This document shows, one piece after another, positions 44,615 to 46,108 of a stretch of DNA of 46,108 bases. Every line of letters starts with the position of its first letter. The stretch's first letter is position 1. The notes beneath the pieces are model-generated. The model was given only the letters and a program-made list of their open reading frames with translations, searched no databases and had not been told where the DNA came from. A program made the translations under genes and the position numbers. The DNA is from a virus (lineage: Duplodnaviria > Caudoviricetes): positions 1-46,108 of IMG/VR virus record IMGVR_UViG_3300048629_000047; one strand, given 5' to 3'.

Positions 44615-45065
44615 CCCAAACTACAAAAAACTTGTTAAGGAGCGCTTCGGGACACAAGAGGCTCTCGCAACAATTTTGAACGTAGGCACCGCCAGCGTCA
44701 ACGCCGCGCTTTGTGGACGGCGTACGTACCGCGCTTTGATGGAGCGTATCTGCCGATTGTTGCAGGTCCCCGCGCCTGGTTACGGTCCCCTTTGTGATAG
44801 GTGCGGATTCCAGCCTACCGAGCGCGTTGACGAGGTGACACCGTTCCGAGGTGAGAACCTGTGTCGCGACTGCGTTATCCGCGCAGGCGACGGCGAAGAA
44901 AACCAAGAGTTGACGATTGATGATTTCGCGGTACCTCAATGCGCGCTCGGGAGCGTGGTAATGCCTGACCCGAATTACCCGACGCGGTCAGAGGGGCATA
45001 ACGCAAAAGTTCCAGGCAAAAAAACAAGACACAAGGATTTTTATTTTGGAAAAGAAAGGGATTAA
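44607..45065 (+). CDS. HTH protein with zinc-finger-like CxxC pairs
   Basis: FGTQEALATILNVGTASVNAAL; LCDRCG, LCRDC. Confidence 0.65.
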   Translation: MSNPNYKKLVKERFGTQEALATILNVGTASVNAALCGRRTYRALMERICRLLQVPAPGYGPLCDRCGFQPTERVDEVTPFRGENLCRDCVIRAGDGEENQELTIDDFAVPQCALGSVVMPDPNYPTRSEGHNAKVPGKKTRHKDFYFGKERD

Positions 45066-45067
45066 GA

Positions 45068-45370
45068 ATGGAATCTAAAAGTGCCTGCGCCCTGGTGCGC
45101 ATCAAACATTGGATTGACTTGGTGAAAGAATTCGGCTTGGATGAACGCGCCACCGATACGCGCATCAACGCACCAGCGTACTGGCCGCTGCGTTTGGAAC
45201 GAGTTCTGCCTGTTAATAGGATCATACGTGTTGAGCTTGCCATTTATCACAGCGCTAGTGATAGGCAGAAGGTGCGAGCATCAGGTAAAATTGGATATTG
45301 GAATGATCATGGCATATTCGAGTCGGTAGTGTCTGAATATGTTGATGATGGCGAAACTAAAGAGCCCTAA
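45068..45370 (+). CDS. Hypothetical protein
   Basis: Abuts upstream gene; purine-rich SD. Confidence 0.7.
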   Translation: MESKSACALVRIKHWIDLVKEFGLDERATDTRINAPAYWPLRLERVLPVNRIIRVELAIYHSASDRQKVRASGKIGYWNDHGIFESVVSEYVDDGETKEP

Positions 45371-45382
45371 AAGGAATTAAAA

Positions 45383-45582
45383 ATGAAATCAAAAGCGCCT
45401 GCGTGCTGCGCTACGACTGTGTTAACGGGAGCCCGGCGACGTGCTGGACGTATCAGCCAAAACCAACGGATGCGTTTTCAAAAAAAGTCAGGAATAAATC
45501 AGGCTGCCGCTTCGAAAACTCGGACGGCCAATGCTCATGCGCCCCAGCGAGGGCGCTGGCTAGAAGGAGGGCGGGGGAATGA
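45383..45582 (+). pseudogene. Small Cys-rich gene apparently frameshifted near its start
   Basis: Start is a 1-nt-shorter copy of the 45068 start; the -1 frame (KSACVLRYDC...RRRAGE*) ends in an ATGA overlap at 45579-45582. Confidence 0.45.
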
Positions 45583-45818
45583 AAAATAGTTATGCTCGCC
45601 GCAATCCTCAAAATCAATGGGTAACTGTGCGACAATATTTTAGAGAAGGAAACCTATGCCCGTTTAAAATAGGCAAGGTAAAAATAGCGAGTCCGATTTG
45701 CACCGGGGGCTGTACGTGGTTTTTAAGCCTTGACGACAACGAAAATTTTGTAATCTGCGAATTGCCTGGCTACATTTTTGACGCCGGGATGATTAGATTT
45801 AAGGAGGCCGCGAAATGA
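45579..45818 (+). CDS. Cys-containing hypothetical protein
   Basis: SD AAGGAGG; ATGA coupling downstream. Confidence 0.7.
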   Translation: MKNSYARRNPQNQWVTVRQYFREGNLCPFKIGKVKIASPICTGGCTWFLSLDDNENFVICELPGYIFDAGMIRFKEAAK

Positions 45819-46093
45819 GTGACACAAAAACAATACTAGATTTTGTAACAGAACTTCTTGAGAAAACTTTGGACAAAAAAGACACGATTGACGAACGCAT
45901 AAAAAATCAGCAAGGCGTCGCCTTGGAAGAGGCTATATTTTTCACTCGGAAAGATGGTCGCGAACCTTCGCGCGATTTGATAGCTGCTTGCGCTGAGCTT
46001 GCTACTTCGCGAAATCTTTTGGAGTGGGTTGTAATGCCTATTTTAGAGAGTCTTGAAAAACTAAAAAAACATTTAGAGGAGCAAGGGGAATGA
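45815..46093 (+). CDS. Helical hypothetical protein
   Basis: SD AAGGAGG; ATGA coupling. Confidence 0.75.
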   Translation: MSDTKTILDFVTELLEKTLDKKDTIDERIKNQQGVALEEAIFFTRKDGREPSRDLIAACAELATSRNLLEWVVMPILESLEKLKKHLEEQGE

Positions 46094-46108
46094 CCGCCAC
46101 AACAAAAC
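46090..46108 (+). CDS. 5' part (MTATTK...) of the gene continuing at position 1
   Basis: ATG overlaps the previous stop; joins in frame to 1-227. Confidence 0.7.

Larger units (their letters stand above)
1..46108. mobile_element. Complete-looking tailed phage genome with contractile tail (Mu-like head genes, P2/Mu-like tail, PolA replication module)
   Basis: Terminase, portal, protease, capsid, sheath, tube, baseplate, tape measure, primase, helicase and polymerase all present; no host genes; an ORF continues across the window ends. Confidence 0.95.

Noticed and set aside
1-46108. Alternative genetic code
   Set aside because: Genes are intact and tightly packed under the standard code, with TAA, TAG and TGA all used as stops.

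Overview
The window looks like a complete, circularly permuted ~46.1 kb tailed phage genome (contractile tail): an ORF starting at 46090 runs in frame across the end/start junction and stops at 227. The + strand arm (33735-46108, continuing 1-6703) carries an HNH nuclease, many small accessory genes, a Cas4/RecB-like nuclease, an SF2 helicase, a family A DNA polymerase, a RuvC-like resolvase, a lytic transglycosylase, an adenine methyltransferase, an ASCH protein and an amidase. It ends, unusually, with the Mu-like portal and Mu gpF genes. The - strand arm (33506-6681) carries a small RHH regulator, a primase-helicase, an AT-rich repeat-containing candidate origin, terminase, Mu-like protease/scaffold, lambda-like capsid, and a P2/Mu-like tail with rearranged gene order and several lectin/propeller proteins. 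I found no integrase, transposase, CRISPR or true tRNA. Main candidate for something undescribed: gpF has no credible start of its own and appears to be made as a ~709-aa portal-gpF fusion by a -1 ribosomal frameshift at T TTT TTT (5575-5581), with GGAGG 10 nt upstream; the same heptamer marks the tail chaperone frameshift. Other highlights are twin tRNA-like intergenic repeats flanking one gene, a gpX-like tail protein carrying two propellers nested inside an Ig-like domain, SD-containing repeats at gene junctions, and a 31-bp-period palindrome array. All protein assignments come from motif recognition by eye; no database searches were run.
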